From the NCBI GenBank assembly GCA_003971905.1, contig RSEE01000018.1:558001-622000 (forward strand): DNA of 64,000 bases, read 5' to 3'. This document shows, piece after piece, positions 23,815 to 37,561 of this stretch. The translations under genes and the position numbers were made by a program. Below the pieces are notes generated by a model. The model saw nothing but the letters and a program-made list of their open reading frames with translations, made no database searches and was not told the origin of the DNA. Source of the DNA: Moniliella sp. 'wahieum' (taxonomy: Eukaryota). Numbering within the stretch: the stretch's first letter is position 1; each line of letters begins with the position of its first letter.

Positions 23815-25760
23815 CTATAGGCCACTCTTGCTCACCCTCGCTGCTTCATGATGATAGTCCTGAAGGAGAAACAGGTGGCAGTGTATCATGGCTTGGGGTT
23901 GAAGGTAGGGTGAGTACGGGTGACCATTGGAGCTGCTGTTCGGACAGGCCCTCGCGGGCATGCAGCTTGCGAATGTGCCGATGTGCATCATTCTTCCGGC
24001 TGAAGGCCTCGTGCACAACGGACACTTGAATGGTGTGGGCGGTTGGGATTGTGCACGTCCAAGTGTTGACGTAGATTAGATTTGCGCTCAAACCCGCGCC
24101 CGCATGTGGGACACACCCACGGCCTGCCGTATGGATTGGCACGTTCCCCCCCCGAAAATGAACCCGTTGACCGAGCGCGGCAGATAGGTGGGAGGGCACA
24201 AGAGAGGGTCGGGTTGGCCAAGCGTTTCCATGCTACTCCGCCTCCGGATCAGATGCTCTGGCGGCGCAACCACCTCATACGAATTGGAGGGAGGGTAGTG
24301 GAAGTACACGCCATCCCATCGATCCATCTTGCAAGCCATTGTCCAACTCGCGTCCTGCATTCAGGGCGGACGTAAAGCCAGACACCCCGTCTTCCCACTT
24401 GTTCACCCGGCCCAGGCCCAGAGAGGAAGAACAGGTGGGCACCGACAAGTTTCCTTGTTCTTCCAAGGGCGAATGGCCTCTTCCAGTGTGTTGCTGTCAT
24501 GAGTGGGAGAGACAAGACGGTATATGCGACGCGCATGGAGCGGGGTGTGCGGTGAGGAAGCAGAGATGTAGAAGGATGGTGATCCAACAACAGCGCAGGA
24601 CGCCCATGGGGTTGCCATCGAGTGGCAACATAGACCGGTGCGGGCATGCCAGTTGGATCAGACCCGATCTGACCGAAGAGGGTCCCGCGTCGGAGGAGAG
24701 GGTACCCAGAGTAGTGGGCGAAAGCAAGTCCCCAAGTCGTAGGTGCTAAGCGGGGATGCGGAAGTGGGTGCCAAAGCGGGCCGAAGATATCTGATTCGCC
24801 CCCAGCTCTTCATTGTGCCCGAGGAAGATTGGTCGCAATGGGGTGCTCGGACGATCCATGCGGAAATCCACTTGATCCATAGTGCCAGTAACGCTTGGCT
24901 CTCCAAAGGCCGAAATATGATGCTCTAACTCGCCCACCACCGGGGTTAGATGCAGTTGCACAGAGGAGGTATCTAAAGAGCTTGGGCTTCGGTCGGGTAT
25001 GGTTGATGAAAGAGGCGGGGGGAGGGGTGGGAGGCTGGATACAAGTGACGTGCTGGGCCGGTCCATTCGATGAGGGGAGGAGAAAAGGTGGTTCATGCGC
25101 AAGGAAGCAGACGATGAAGCTTGAAGATCAGGTGCGGGAGCGGGAGATTCGTCGTGGTGGGGCACAGCGGTAACGTGCTGGAAGTTGTAAGGCGGCCAGC
25201 CGGTCGTCATACGAACAGTTGGTGGCGTCTGCAGCGGGTTGCGGTACTGGTCATCGGCATGGCGGGCCAGGCGCGGACCGACATGGAGAGTCGTCGAGGG
25301 AGTAGCACGTACGCCAAAGATGGCAGAAGGAGTAGAAGTGGGGAAAAAATTGGGTTCTTGGCTGGGGGCGGCACAGACTGCTCCCGAGGCGAATAGCGTG
25401 CTTTGTTGAGACGGACTCGGAAGGTCCTCCGACTGAGCAATAGGCAGGAAGGATGAAGAGGAGGAGGAAGTCGTAGTAAGAGCTCCCAAGCTGGCCAACT
25501 CGACCCCACCGTCAATCGGCCCGGTTGAGAAGTGATGGGCGTAGGAGGAGTGGCAATGGCGCTGGCCAACAGCAAGTCGACTAGGAGGTTGTCTTCCTCT
25601 ACCCCGGGAAGACTTGCTCCGGCATGAATTGTAGGGGCGGCGAAATGGAGATGCGAGGCCTGGAAGGAGGCGAATGATGATGAAAAGGGCGGGGTAGCGC
25701 CAGCAACTGGAGCAACAGCAACAGTCGTAGCAGCAGTAGAAAAGAAGACGTGTTGTACAT
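23815..25760 (-). CDS. C2H2 zinc-finger transcription factor with two C-terminal fingers and a long Ser/Pro-rich N-terminus; frameshifted, start approximate
   Basis: RPWVCPTCGRGFERKSNLRQHLDVHNPNRPH, then a second finger with FSRKNDAHRHI. Confidence 0.8.
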
Positions 25761-28700
25761 GGTGGTGTTGGCTGGAGAAGGGGCCAGGCGAGGCCCAGGA
25801 ATAGGGGGCGATGGGCAAGGGGTAAGAAGGGTGTAGGCCGTTGGTGGATGTTCGGTCGTTGGCTGCGCTGATTGTGTGGTCACGTCCGAGAAGTGTGTGT
25901 CGGGGTGAGAGAGAGAAGGGGGGCTGGATATATATTTGAGGTGGCAGCCCCCCACCACCAGCGCAGCCCGGCAGTAGCAATAGCTGGGCTGGCAAGCGGC
26001 CCTGGCTGGATGACTAGCTGGAAGCTGAGGAGCGTATTGCGGGGGCACACCAGCTCTCGTATCAGCCACATCTTCTGATCCCTGCGATCCATCGCATCCA
26101 TGTGCTGTCTACCCAGTCCTGATGCCGGACACCTTCGGCCTCATCGCACACAGCCCTACGCAGTGTCTGCCCTCTGGCGCCCCGGTACCCGGAACGGGAA
26201 CGGGGGCGCAATGTGGAAAGCCCAGATGCAGTATGGGAGAACAGAGGGAGCGCATACGTACAGACATGTTCTTGGGCACTTGGATCTTAGAGCTTTCTGG
26301 GAGGGTCCCTTGGGGTGTTTTGCAGTGGTCAGACAGAGCTGCTCAGGGCCCACTGTCGGAAGTGCTTGTCCTCTGGTGCCGCGGGGCGCCAGTGTCGCCA
26401 GTCCGTAGCATGCTGCGTGCGTCACCGTCCAACTGGCTCCACCTGATGCCTGAAGCCTAGTGCCTATTCTGCGTTGTATTCTGTGCTGTGCCTGGCTGTC
26501 TACGACAAGTGACTCGATGCCCACGAATCACTGGTTCACCGTTTCACCGGCCACCAGGGTAATAGGCATTACATACTCGGCGTACAGGAGGCGCCGGCGC
26601 CGTCACATGATGTCACACACCGTGTCACCGGACATCCGGCACAAGATCTGACATGTGAGACAACACCCCAGAGACTGTGGGGCCTACCCCAGCCACCACC
26701 TGGTCGCGCTCAGCCGGGTTCAGCGCTCAGGCTCTCTCTGAACATCCGAGGCGGCAGAGAGGCTGACCATTGCCCACACTGGCGCGTTGAGAATACAATC
26801 GCAGTACATACTTTGTGCACGCCTGGATTTCGCAAGAAAGACCCGCGTGTCCAGCGCGAGCGTAACTAGAAGACCCCTTTCCAGGTCCCTTGAAGCTTCA
26901 AAGCGTTAAGATTCAAGCTTCAAGCTTCATCGTTGGATGCGTGGAACGTGAAGCTTGAAGCTTGAGTACTGAAAAACTGAGTGCGAATCCCAGCGCGATC
27001 TCAGACCTCTGATGTGGGATTGAGCTTGGGCTCGGGGGTTATCGAGTTCTATAGTTATCGATTATCGATTATCGACCGGTTAGCCGAGCACCTGTGATCG
27101 ATGATCAGCATCTCGGAGTGTGAATATGCATGCACAGGAGCCGAGCGGCTGCCCCTACTCATAGGCCTGCTGTCATGATCATCATGTCCATATGCGATAG
27201 TCCTCCGGAGGGTGAGAGGAAGGCGCCTGAATGGGTTGACGCGTGACGGTAACATCTGTGACATTCATATGTGGGTTGTTGTTTTGGGAGTGCCAGCCAG
27301 CGTTGTTTGTGTACCGAACAAACCGCATCTCTGGATACAAAGACATCGTACATACTCCCCTGTACTTTGTTACGCAATGCGCAATACCAGAGATGCGTTA
27401 TCATATTCTGCACAATCAAACGCCTCCATTCCCTCTATGCAAAGCAGCTCTTTTTGGTCCACACACAGCCTCTCTCTAGCAGCGGCCCTATCCCCTATGG
27501 CGTGGACGTTGAGCCGAAGCTGTGAACGGCAAACAAGTAGCCTTTACTATGCCAAGCGTATTGGAAACGAGATGTCTCAAGCGGGCAGAAGCAATATTCG
27601 AGTCTCTACGTCATAACAAAAAAAGACGTCACCTATTAGCTTTGGCCGCCAAAAGGCTCTCCAAATGCGATTCACCATGGGAGTCATAAGGGCTGTGTTT
27701 TTGAAATGTAGAACATCTTGGCTGGCTGCATAGCCTTTTGCCATTGGACAATTACCACGACGCCAATCTCCGGCTTACTCCGGCTCCCCCACACACTCGA
27801 CGTCATGACGTCGTTAGTACTCCGCATCCCCCGAACGATTCGCGGTGTTTTGGTGTCGTTGCTGCGGGTCTCGGCGAATGACTCGATGACGCAGATTGCG
27901 CTTGGCGAGCCCGCCCCGCCCCGCCACACGCACACACCCATAACACACACCCACACACCTTTTCTTTTTTTTTCGCCCCCCCGTATTCAGCGCAAAAGAG
28001 TATAGGCAGCAACCCTGTTTTGCTGCACAATAACTCGTTACAGTTGATGCTGCAGCAGCCCTGGCCAAGAACAGTCGATCGCCATGTGTTTTAGGTATCG
28101 AGTCATTGCAACCCATACGTTCAGAGGCATGCTGCTATGATTGAGAAACACAGGGGAAACGTGCCCCGGCCTCGCTAGTTTGTGGAGATTTGAAGCAAAT
28201 CGACTTGAGCAAGTACATTACAACCTACCCTCGCAGGCCCCTGGGAAGAAGAGAGGTCTGAAATGTCGGAATACTGATAACATAACCAATTTGCGCACGA
28301 GGCCCAAACCTCGATCGATAGGTCCTCGTGGAGACTCAAAAAGCTGACGATATATATAGCCTTCCAAACCCACCCCGCGGATACTAGAATTGTAATAGGT
28401 ACTCGTCTCCTCTCACACTTTTTGCAACTTCTACTTCTCTTTTTCCCGCCACCAACTGTCTTTCCGTTCCACACTCTCACTTTTATATGGCTTCCCCACA
28501 TTGGCCCTGAAGGGACGCTTACGTCTGTACTCTAGCCCTTTTTCGGTCTTTTTCTCTTCGAACCCCATCAGCCATTGTTTGGGACGAGTGCGAGAGAGGC
28601 ATGGGCACTGCACTAAGGAGAGTTATTTTCATGTCAGAGGATTGTTGCTCGCGCGTTTGGACAGGGTCTCTTCAGTCCCTCATCAGGACTGGGAGAGCTC

Positions 28701-29401
28701 CTGTTTTCTCGCTTATATGTCTTCACTGTTCGATAGTGGCAATGCCCCGATGTAGCGAATGGCACAGAGGGGGGGGGGGGCACACACGTTAATATAGTTA
28801 TGGCCTCAGCCCTAGCCTCGCGTGGTTTTGTTTTGTTGATGACGACGATATGGCCAATACATTTCCCCTTTCAACATATGCTTTTACTCTTCAAGCTTAT
28901 CCCCGTTAACCATTACAGGATCTCGCTGCATCATAGTTTTGGACTTTTTGGTAGAAGAAACCAGCCGGATTAGATATCTGTGTGTGCTGGTGACGCTATA
29001 TATTGACCTCTATCTGCTCTCTTCAGTGGGGGTGAGAGGCCGGCCGCGATGAGGATTCTTGTTCGCTATTTACAATAGTAAACGACGTTGAACGTTCAGT
29101 TGAACACTGTACTCTGCCCGTTTCTACACTCCCGGCGGCGTATCCGGCGCGCCCCCCTGAGTCTATGCAGGTCCAAGTTTTGAAAAGCTTCAACTCGCAG
29201 GCTCGGCGAAACACAACGCTTTTGTCGACATGTGACGCGTGACGTAGCCACTATAGTAGTGACCTGCAGCGAGTGGCACTGAGTATACAGCCAATGGTTG
29301 TGCTGTGCACTCACACTGCTGCTGCGAAGTACCAAGTACTTCCTGAGTGCTGTGGCCAAGAGTGCTCCGCAGGCTCAGCCTGAGCCGCTGACTTGGACAG
29401 C

Positions 29402-29715
29402 TGACATGTGACAAGTGACATGTGACATGTGACATGTGACATGTGACATGCAGCTTGATGCATGTGCATGAATTGACAAGGTGTCAGGTAATCGATGATG
29501 TCTGAGATCTGATGCATCTGATGCATGATGCGTGATGATCGATGACATCGATGACATGTGACATGCATGACATGTGACATGTGACATCAATATCATCAAT
29601 GACGTGATGACATGTGCCATGCGACATGCGATATCTGCAAGCTGTCAGCGCTCAGGCGCTCAGCGGCGCTCAGGGCGCTCAGTTTCGGCGCCGCGCTCAG
29701 CACGCTCAGCCTGAG
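29402..29715. repeat. Densest block of 7-bp TNA-palindrome arrays
   Basis: (TGACATG)x7 at 29402-29450, one unit being TGACAAG. It is followed by TGATGCA, TGATCGA, TGAGATC and TGACATG units, then TCAGCGC/GCGCTCAG-type units. Confidence 0.9.
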
Positions 29716-32700
29716 CACCTCGTTGCCCCTCCAACCGGAGACAGCACGTCGGAATCGAGAAAAAGCAGCAAGTATGTATATGACAGGTGTCGAATGTCGT
29801 CTACGTCATGCATCTACATCATGCATATCCATCGTGCCATGTATGTACACAAAGTGGGTGTTCAAACGTTCCACTACGTTCACGTACGTTACACGTAACT
29901 GCAGCCCAGAATTGATGCAGCAGGATGCTGGATGTGGAGCATGGTGTTTCTTCTCTCACACCAACAAATAATAAGATGCAGTCCCAAACTATTGCGCAAC
30001 AAAAAAGCCATCGCACCTCGCTAATGCTGATGCACTGATGGTCTTCAAAACCACATCCGGCGGCGGAGAGACGTACACACACAGGGCTTAACAATACTTG
30101 GTACGTAGTGCGCTTGTTACTCTCCGCGTGGGCTTGCGCGACCCCCATCCGAGCCCCTCCACCTTAGATCGCTCAGTCACTCAGGGGCCTCTTTCTTCTA
30201 AGGCCTCTTTGGTTTCATATGGCCTGTGGCCTCCATCCTGAGGTCAGGCCTGAGGGCCTGAGGGCCTGACGCGTTTTATGCGTTACGCGTTACGCACCAT
30301 GCACGCCTAATGTATCACGTATCACGCGCCACATATCACGGCCCTTCCTTGCGGCGTGTGTGGTAGCGTCAGCACAAAAAGCTATTCAAAAGCTTCATTG
30401 ATCATCATTCTTTTTTCCTTCATTAATGTTGATTCGCTCTGAATCTGACTGATATATTTTGATGACAGATATAGGCGAACCCTTAGCTGTTATACAGCAT
30501 CATGTGATTATGGGAAACCAGTAGGATAATCCGACCACTGTCTGATATAGTTATTGGCTCTAGAATTAGGCGTATACTGTATGGATCTTGTACGCATAGG
30601 CCCTCATTTTAACTTTGGAGACCTGCTGCATTCTCTTCTGCTCTGCGTCCAGATCAATCGTTTGTTGCATAATGTATACTTGGCTGTGGTGCACTTTATT
30701 AACAATACACAACAAAAGCAGTCGGAAAAGGTCCCACATACTGCTGCATACACCCCGCGGGGGCTATACCGAAAACTCCAGGGCATTATATCCTGAGGGC
30801 TTGGGCTCCGGATCATCGATCCCGATCAAGTCTGAGATTCTCAGCCGCGTCCGGTCTGCCGGGCCACAGGCCCTTAGTAATTAGTACTGAGACTCAGTAC
30901 ATACTCAGTACTCAGTACCGAGTCTGAATACCCTCAGTCTGAGATCTGAGCCTTTAAAGCTTAAGGGCTTAGGCCTTATAGAATCTCTCAGCCCCTCAGG
31001 CTGGGTGTCAGGCTGAGGACTCCGCCTCCATGCGCCACAGCTGAGATATGAAATGAGTTTCAGAATAGATCTATTCCATAAATGAGTCGATACCGAGGTG
31101 GCTTTCTTGGCTTTTGAGATTTGAGAATACTACAGGTACGTACTTGAAGCTTGAAGCGTAATAAAGCTCGGATGTACGCTCCTAATAATAAGCGGTGACT
31201 AGTGACTAGTGACTAGTGAAGCTAGTGACTTCGTATTTTGTTGACATGGATGTTGAACGTTGACTAGCGCGGATAGTGGCTAGTGTGTACTGACTAGGAC
31301 ATGACGCATGAACGTCACGAACGTTGAACTCAACCGCTGATCGTACAAAAACAGGCCATACTGAAAAATACACATGCCGAATATACTTAACGGGGGGGGG
31401 GGCGTGGTACACACGTCTTCATTCCTCACACCTTCATCCCACAATGAGTTTTTGCCATATGTTTTCCTTGTTTGAACGTTATTTTGCTTGGGAAGATCCT
31501 TCTCTCTCCGTTTCCTCAATTCAACATCAACCCAATATTCCATGGGAACTAACGGAGGCATCGCCAGCACCGCAGGTATCTCCTGACTCTCTCATATGAA
31601 ATCGAAAAGCTTCCAAAAAAGCTGCCGATCACCGGAGAGGAGCGCGAAGCTACAGCCTGTGACATGTGAAGCTTGAAGCATAGGGTGTGGTACCGGGTAC
31701 TCACATGTACCCTACAACCGTGAACTTTTTCTGCGAGACATCTTGTTCTTGCTCAATCTGAAAAAAAAAACTAGGTACACATATCTTGAGAGGGGGAGCA
31801 CTAACATGCTTCAGAACCACGCACCATGCACCGTGCCTACTCGTGCTGTCCTGATGGGTTGTGGGCGCGGAGGGAACGAAAGTTTTCACAGGTGAACGAA
31901 CGCCCAGCGCTCACGCGCTCACGACAGATGTTCAAAGAAGTACGTTCAGATCTCAGAGAAGCGCCGAGAAAAGGAATGGTTTCCTACTGACGCGTGACGC
32001 GCCTCTCTATCTGAGACGTCAAAGAGAAAAGGAGTATATGTTATTAACAGGGGAGTAAACGTTAAACACTCCAGCTAAAGACTAAGCGCAGGCACTCCGT
32101 TACAATGCAAGAGCACAGTTGTTCAATGTGGCGCAACCTTTGCCGCTTTGGCAGTTTCAATATTAAGCAGTTCTTGGCGTGTGAGACAAACGTGAGACAA
32201 CCGAGACCCTGTGGATCCCTTCCATCCGTGTCCAAGGAACCCGATTGGAATAGGATCGGTTGCACCCCACTCCACCCCTCCCTTCCATTTTTCTCGGCCG
32301 TGTGGAGGACACGACACGATGCATTATCCCGTGCATGTTTTACCGAGACGCGTGACGCGTGAAATTTGGTGGCGGGGAAGGGAAAAGAAGAAAGCCCAAA
32401 TTCACAGTCGGGGCTAAGGCGAGGGTGACCAGGGTGGATACTATGGGCCAAGGGGTGCAGCAATCGTTCGTGGGGAAGAAGCAAGTGCAAAGCGGAAGAA
32501 ATAGAGGGAAAGAACGAGACGCTCGCCGAACGAAGAGACTGGAAATGGGAGCGAGATCAGCGCTCAGCCAAACTATGACACTGCGGGTCTGTTGCCTACA
32601 ATCGAGATGTGAATCTCACGCGTCGCGTCTCAACGACCTATCACCCTCCTCCTCAACGGATGTGAGGCTAACCTTTTAAAATACTTCTTGCCCTTGACAA

Positions 32701-33772
32701 CACCGAACGGAGGAGATCCATCTTCTGTTCCCATCAGTACTCAGTGTGGTGAACGAGTCACATACGTAGAGTCAACAAATGTAGGAACGAGAGAGGATAG
32801 CTTTTTTGGGAGAGGAGAGGGTGTCTCCTCTCGCATCCCCTTTCGTTTGGTCTTGCCTCGAGCTTGCCTCGAGCTCGCCTCGAGATGCGGATGTTCGTTC
32901 TCTCACGTGTTTCGATCTCGGGCGTAATGCTCTTCTGAGATCTGAATCCTATGACATGTGACCCTACTGTGACAAGGCGTGGGACCCTGAGGCCCTGAGA
33001 CCTGGTCGATGATCAGAGGGCCTTAGCAGCCTTATTTAGAGCATGCTTCACTGAACCTATAGCTAGAGTGTACCGTCTAGAATTGAGTGCGCGCGGGCTG
33101 CGGTATACCCGATACAGCCGGTACTATATATCGTCCATCCCAATACTTGTATCATGATCGATGACTTCGATGACAGGAACAAACGATCCGTGACCGGCGT
33201 GACCGCGTATTCAGACCCCCGAGACCGATTGAGCCGGGACCAGCGCAATGTATGTACCAACACTCGTATAGGTATCCCCTTCTGTATGCATCTCCGGCGA
33301 AAGTATCGCATCCGCCACAATACATTTGTTGTTACATGTTATCCATGTTATCCACCGTGCACCGCTGGCCACTTTGTATACACATGGTACAGCCATGCTT
33401 GATACATGATGCAAGACACGGCGCGAGGTCGGTGTGAGCCGCAGGCTGTCTATCGATTCTTGAAGGAGATCCACATCATGCTCATGCATCATGCAACTCT
33501 CGTAGGCGTCTGCCAACGACTCTCCTCCCGCGTAGCTTGGCAAAGGTTGGCTGAGTGCCACAAGGTCATCCATCCATCTCTTTGCAATCGGAATTACGGT
33601 TGAGGGTTAGTGCCCAATTCGCACCATACCATACGAGGGGCGTCTGATACCTGATCCGCGCCGACATAGTGGGGCATATAGTGCACGGTGCATTACAAAC
33701 TGCGTAGTGACAGAGGTTCCAGAAGCATCTCCTACCGGTATTGTGAGGATTGTGAGGAATTGGTAGCCATAC

Positions 33773-36700
33773 TTAGAGGACGCCCAGAGGGTCAGAGTTG
33801 GCTTTGGAGCGAGAGGAGAAAGTAGGATGGTGGTCATCAGCCAAGGGAGGCTGTACAGCCTCTTGGTCTCCCCAAGAACTCGACGAGTGGGACGCAACCA
33901 TTTGTGTCGGAAGCGTCGCAGTCGAGCCGAGTGAATCCGGTGCAAGGGGATTTCTACTGGCGCTCGTTGCAATAGACTCAAGGGCTCCATCACCCTTGCC
34001 TGATGACCAAGAGGCACCCAAGGGATCATCTGCGAGAGGCCGGTCGAGAGGGTGAACAGGAGGAGGGTGCAAGGAAAGCGAGGGGGCCTGGGGATTCGAC
34101 GAGTTTCCCAAGGGGTGCATTGGTGAGTAGGGCGCAGCAGGTGCTTGCTTTTGCGATCCCATCGATGAGGTAGAAGCAGTCATCTGGAGGGGGGACGAGG
34201 CTGACACGGAGAGGCGCTTGAAGCTGGTGCCTAATGGGTCACTCGGTACCTCCGCCCACGCGTTCGCTTCCCACGAGGAGACGCTGTCATCAAGCTGACG
34301 GGGAGCCGAAGAGGAGGGAACGGGTGCGGACACGTTGGGAGCGGCCTCCAAATGACTTGACGACGTATCCCACGGGTTCGCTTCCTCACTATCGCCAACT
34401 TGATCCCCAAAGAGCCATCCTTTGCCTGCAGACCACAGAGCACGAACTTGGCGTTTGCCGACCGCTGCAGGGTCCCAGATTGGGTCGTCCGAAGAAGAGG
34501 AGGGAACAGCCAGAGGTCCTGCGTCGTTGTCGTGACGCCTTTCAGAAAGGGTAGGGGCTCGATTGGCGACTTTATGAACGCCAGTCTTGGCCTTAGGCTG
34601 GTACGGGCGATATGCCAGTCCAGCATAGTCATCACGGCCAGATGAGCCAGTAAGAGAGATGGCCTCTTCCCCATCGATCGGTGGAGGCAGTGATTTACCC
34701 TGCGCCACAGCTTCGAGCCTCTGCTCGAGCCTCTTGCGCCGTGCATCCCGTTGGGCAGCCACTTGGACCTGTGCAGCACGTTCCAGATCGATAAATGCGT
34801 TCAAGTCTTGATCTGAGCGCCGGAACAGGGCCGGCCACAATCGCACATCCTTGCCGTTGGGCATAAGCACACTCGCGTCCGTCCGCCTTTGGGTGGCCTC
34901 CAATTCGGGGTCGTACTTGGGGTTCCTAAAAACCTTCTTGGTTGCGGGTGATAATAGTTCCCCCCACACGCTTGTGAGTGCAGGGAATCGGCGGCGGAAC
35001 TGGATTCGTTCGGCCTCCGTATTGAAGAGGAAACTGCCTGTCGTGCACTCATGAAGGGCACATTGCAACTCAACCAGCCAACCCGTCTCAAACTCGAAGC
35101 GGGAGGGGAATTGGCGATGGATCTGATAGACACAGTCAAGGAACTGATGAAAGACAGGTGAAATCTCCTTGAGATGGGTTACCGACTCTTGGTCCTGAGG
35201 TCCCCGCAGATTGGCCGCAACCGACTTGGTGAACCCCACAAGGCCGAGGCAGCATTGGTGGGCTCGAATCCTCCGTTCCGAGAGTCGGTGTCCGACTCGG
35301 ACTCGGAGAGGCTTGGTATTTGTCGTCGAAAAAGCTCGTGTGCGAAAGGTGGCCAGTCCGGTGAAGAAACCGATGGCCAAAAGACGCAAAGTCCTTTTCG
35401 ATCAGAACAGCAAAGCCCTGGAATGTGCGATAAAAGGGATCCAAGCAGACCTGGGCCACTGCTGAGAGCTGAGAGGTGCGATCCCATCCATCAGAGCAGT
35501 GAATCAAAACGTGAGCACGATCCACATGGACTGAACGCACGATCTTGCTTGCACCCTAAGGAGGGTGGGATGTCGTAACCAGCCCGACCGCTTAACCTGA
35601 TTCGGGTCGAGATTGGGCAGGGTGTCTTGCCCCTCAGCCCCGAAGCCTGGGGCAACGTCAGCGTCGGTTAAAGCTCGGTAATAGCCTTTAGGGAGTCCCG
35701 CATGACGTGAATTTGTCAATCCCAAGGATACCTTGTGTACCACCCGGATAGTAGTCCATCGTTTCACTCCCGCACCCTTAGCATGATTGGCGTACGCGTT
35801 GGTTGGGGGCCGCGCATCGATAATCACATTGTTGGCCTTAGCGCCATACATGGGTTGGTTGGCCAATATGGTGGGCGCTTCCGACGAATCGTAGTATCAA
35901 ACGCGCCCAACGACGAGTTCGCTATTTTCCCACCTTCCTCATTTGACCCCGAGCTTGGAGAATGAGTGGGAAGACCACCAGAAAAGAGGTGGGAAGTAAA
36001 GATGGCGTCGACTAACTTCTCGTCCTGAAACGCTGCGGCTGTATCGTAGTCCCACCAAAGGCTGGGATGAGCGAGTGATGCTGCCCAAATGAGCCCAGTG
36101 GAGGTAGGTCAAGGCAGGCAGACGAGACTTGGATCGAAATTTGGCTCCATGTGAAGTGTCGCGTCACTTATCGCCGAAGGAACAACCAGGAAGGAGGGAT
36201 AAGTGGAGCAAAACTAGACCCAGGTGTGTCAGAAGGCATGCCGAGAAAGGCTGTGGAGGATAAAGAAGAAAGGAGTAACGTACAGTATGGTGGGAATTGA
36301 GCGTAGTGACGCGCCAGGCCTGGGTGCGCGACCACCTCCCTGACGCTCAAACTCCCTCTTGCATCGTACACGTTCCAGCCCGATTCGCTCAACTCGCATC
36401 GAGGGAAGCGTCTTGGGTGGCTACCGAGAGACTACGCGGGTGGACGCAGCCAGCTGGTCGACGCTCTGAGAGCACAGTGTGGGTCCGAAGGAATTCGAAC
36501 ACTGCCTGGCTTGTGTCTGCTCGTCGGCAACGTACAGAGTGAGCGACTCGAAATTCTTGAGTTGCACCCAGACAGGAAGGCCCGATAGGAGGGGAAATGC
36601 GTCGCGCCTGAGCCCTACCGACGGGACGCTCGCAAGGCGGCTGACAGTCCAATAAGATGGAATGAGAGGGAAATGGTGTCCCGGGCGGGCAGAAAAGATG

Positions 36701-36872
36701 CTGCGGCGTCGGGCTGGGGCCTGGCTGGGGCTGGGCTCGCTGGCGTTGGCGATGGGCGCTGGATGGACGGAGGCGCGGGGCGAGGGCCAGAATGGCGGAG
36801 TGTGTGGTCAGAGTGAGCGCGGCGGGTCGCGTAAGCGTGCCTGCGCTGCACCACAATGCCGGGGACGTCCAT
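33773..36872 (-). CDS. YMR1: Myotubularin-family phosphoinositide 3-phosphatase; frameshifted, at least one intron
   Basis: Catalytic motif VLIHCSDGWDRTSQLSAVAQVCLDPFYRT, plus IIDARP, GWNVYD, FRSKSRLPALTYLHW and SPVFHQFLDCVYQIHRQFPSRFEF. Confidence 0.93.
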
Positions 36873-37561
36873 GGCAAGGCGGAGGGGGGGCGGCGGAGCG
36901 GAGAGGCATCGAGCATCCGCGGCGACCGGCAGGCAGCCGAGCCCAGCCGGCACCAGCGCAACCGCAACCGCATCCGCACCCACGGCCGCAACCACCCAAC
37001 CACAACCACAGCCACAACCCTGACACTGTCCTTGCGCCCCGCGGCTTGAACATTTCCATCCTGCAGATCGATTGCGTCGCTTCCATCGATGATCACCCAT
37101 GACATGTGTCGGCCCGTCCAACCCCCTCTTCTGCGCCCTCTCTGTGCCACACACACAACAATAAGGAACGCCCTTGCCAGTGGGCTACGGCCCTTTCGGA
37201 CCCTTTTGACGTCCCTTTTCGCTCCCTACGCTGCGCTCTGAAAATTTCCCAGCTTCATATCGTCCTGGACTACCTCCATCCACGAAAAAGTAACACTCGC
37301 TTCTTTGCCATTGAAGACAGGCTCCTTTCGTCTCGGGTACAGGCAATAGCTTAACATCGACCACTATGGGGGCGAGAGACCTGACTCTCTCTGAACTGCC
37401 CAAAACCAAGCCGCTTATAGCCAGAAGAAGTCCCCGCGGAATGCGCACATCCTCTGTTCCGCATCTCTGCCCCACATCCTCCCACGCCCCCTTGTTTGCC
37501 TTTTTAGTTCCGTTTAGCTTCATCCTTCATCCATAATCTTACTCCTGTGCACGGATTCCTA

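Noticed and set aside
29311..29620. His/Cys/Met-rich ORFs (MSHVTCH...) resembling metal-binding peptides
   Set aside because: They are simply translations of the TGACATG/TGATGCA arrays; there is no evidence of coding.
33211..33573. 120-aa ORF at the edge of the gene-poor tract
   Set aside because: No recognisable family or splice structure; insufficient support.
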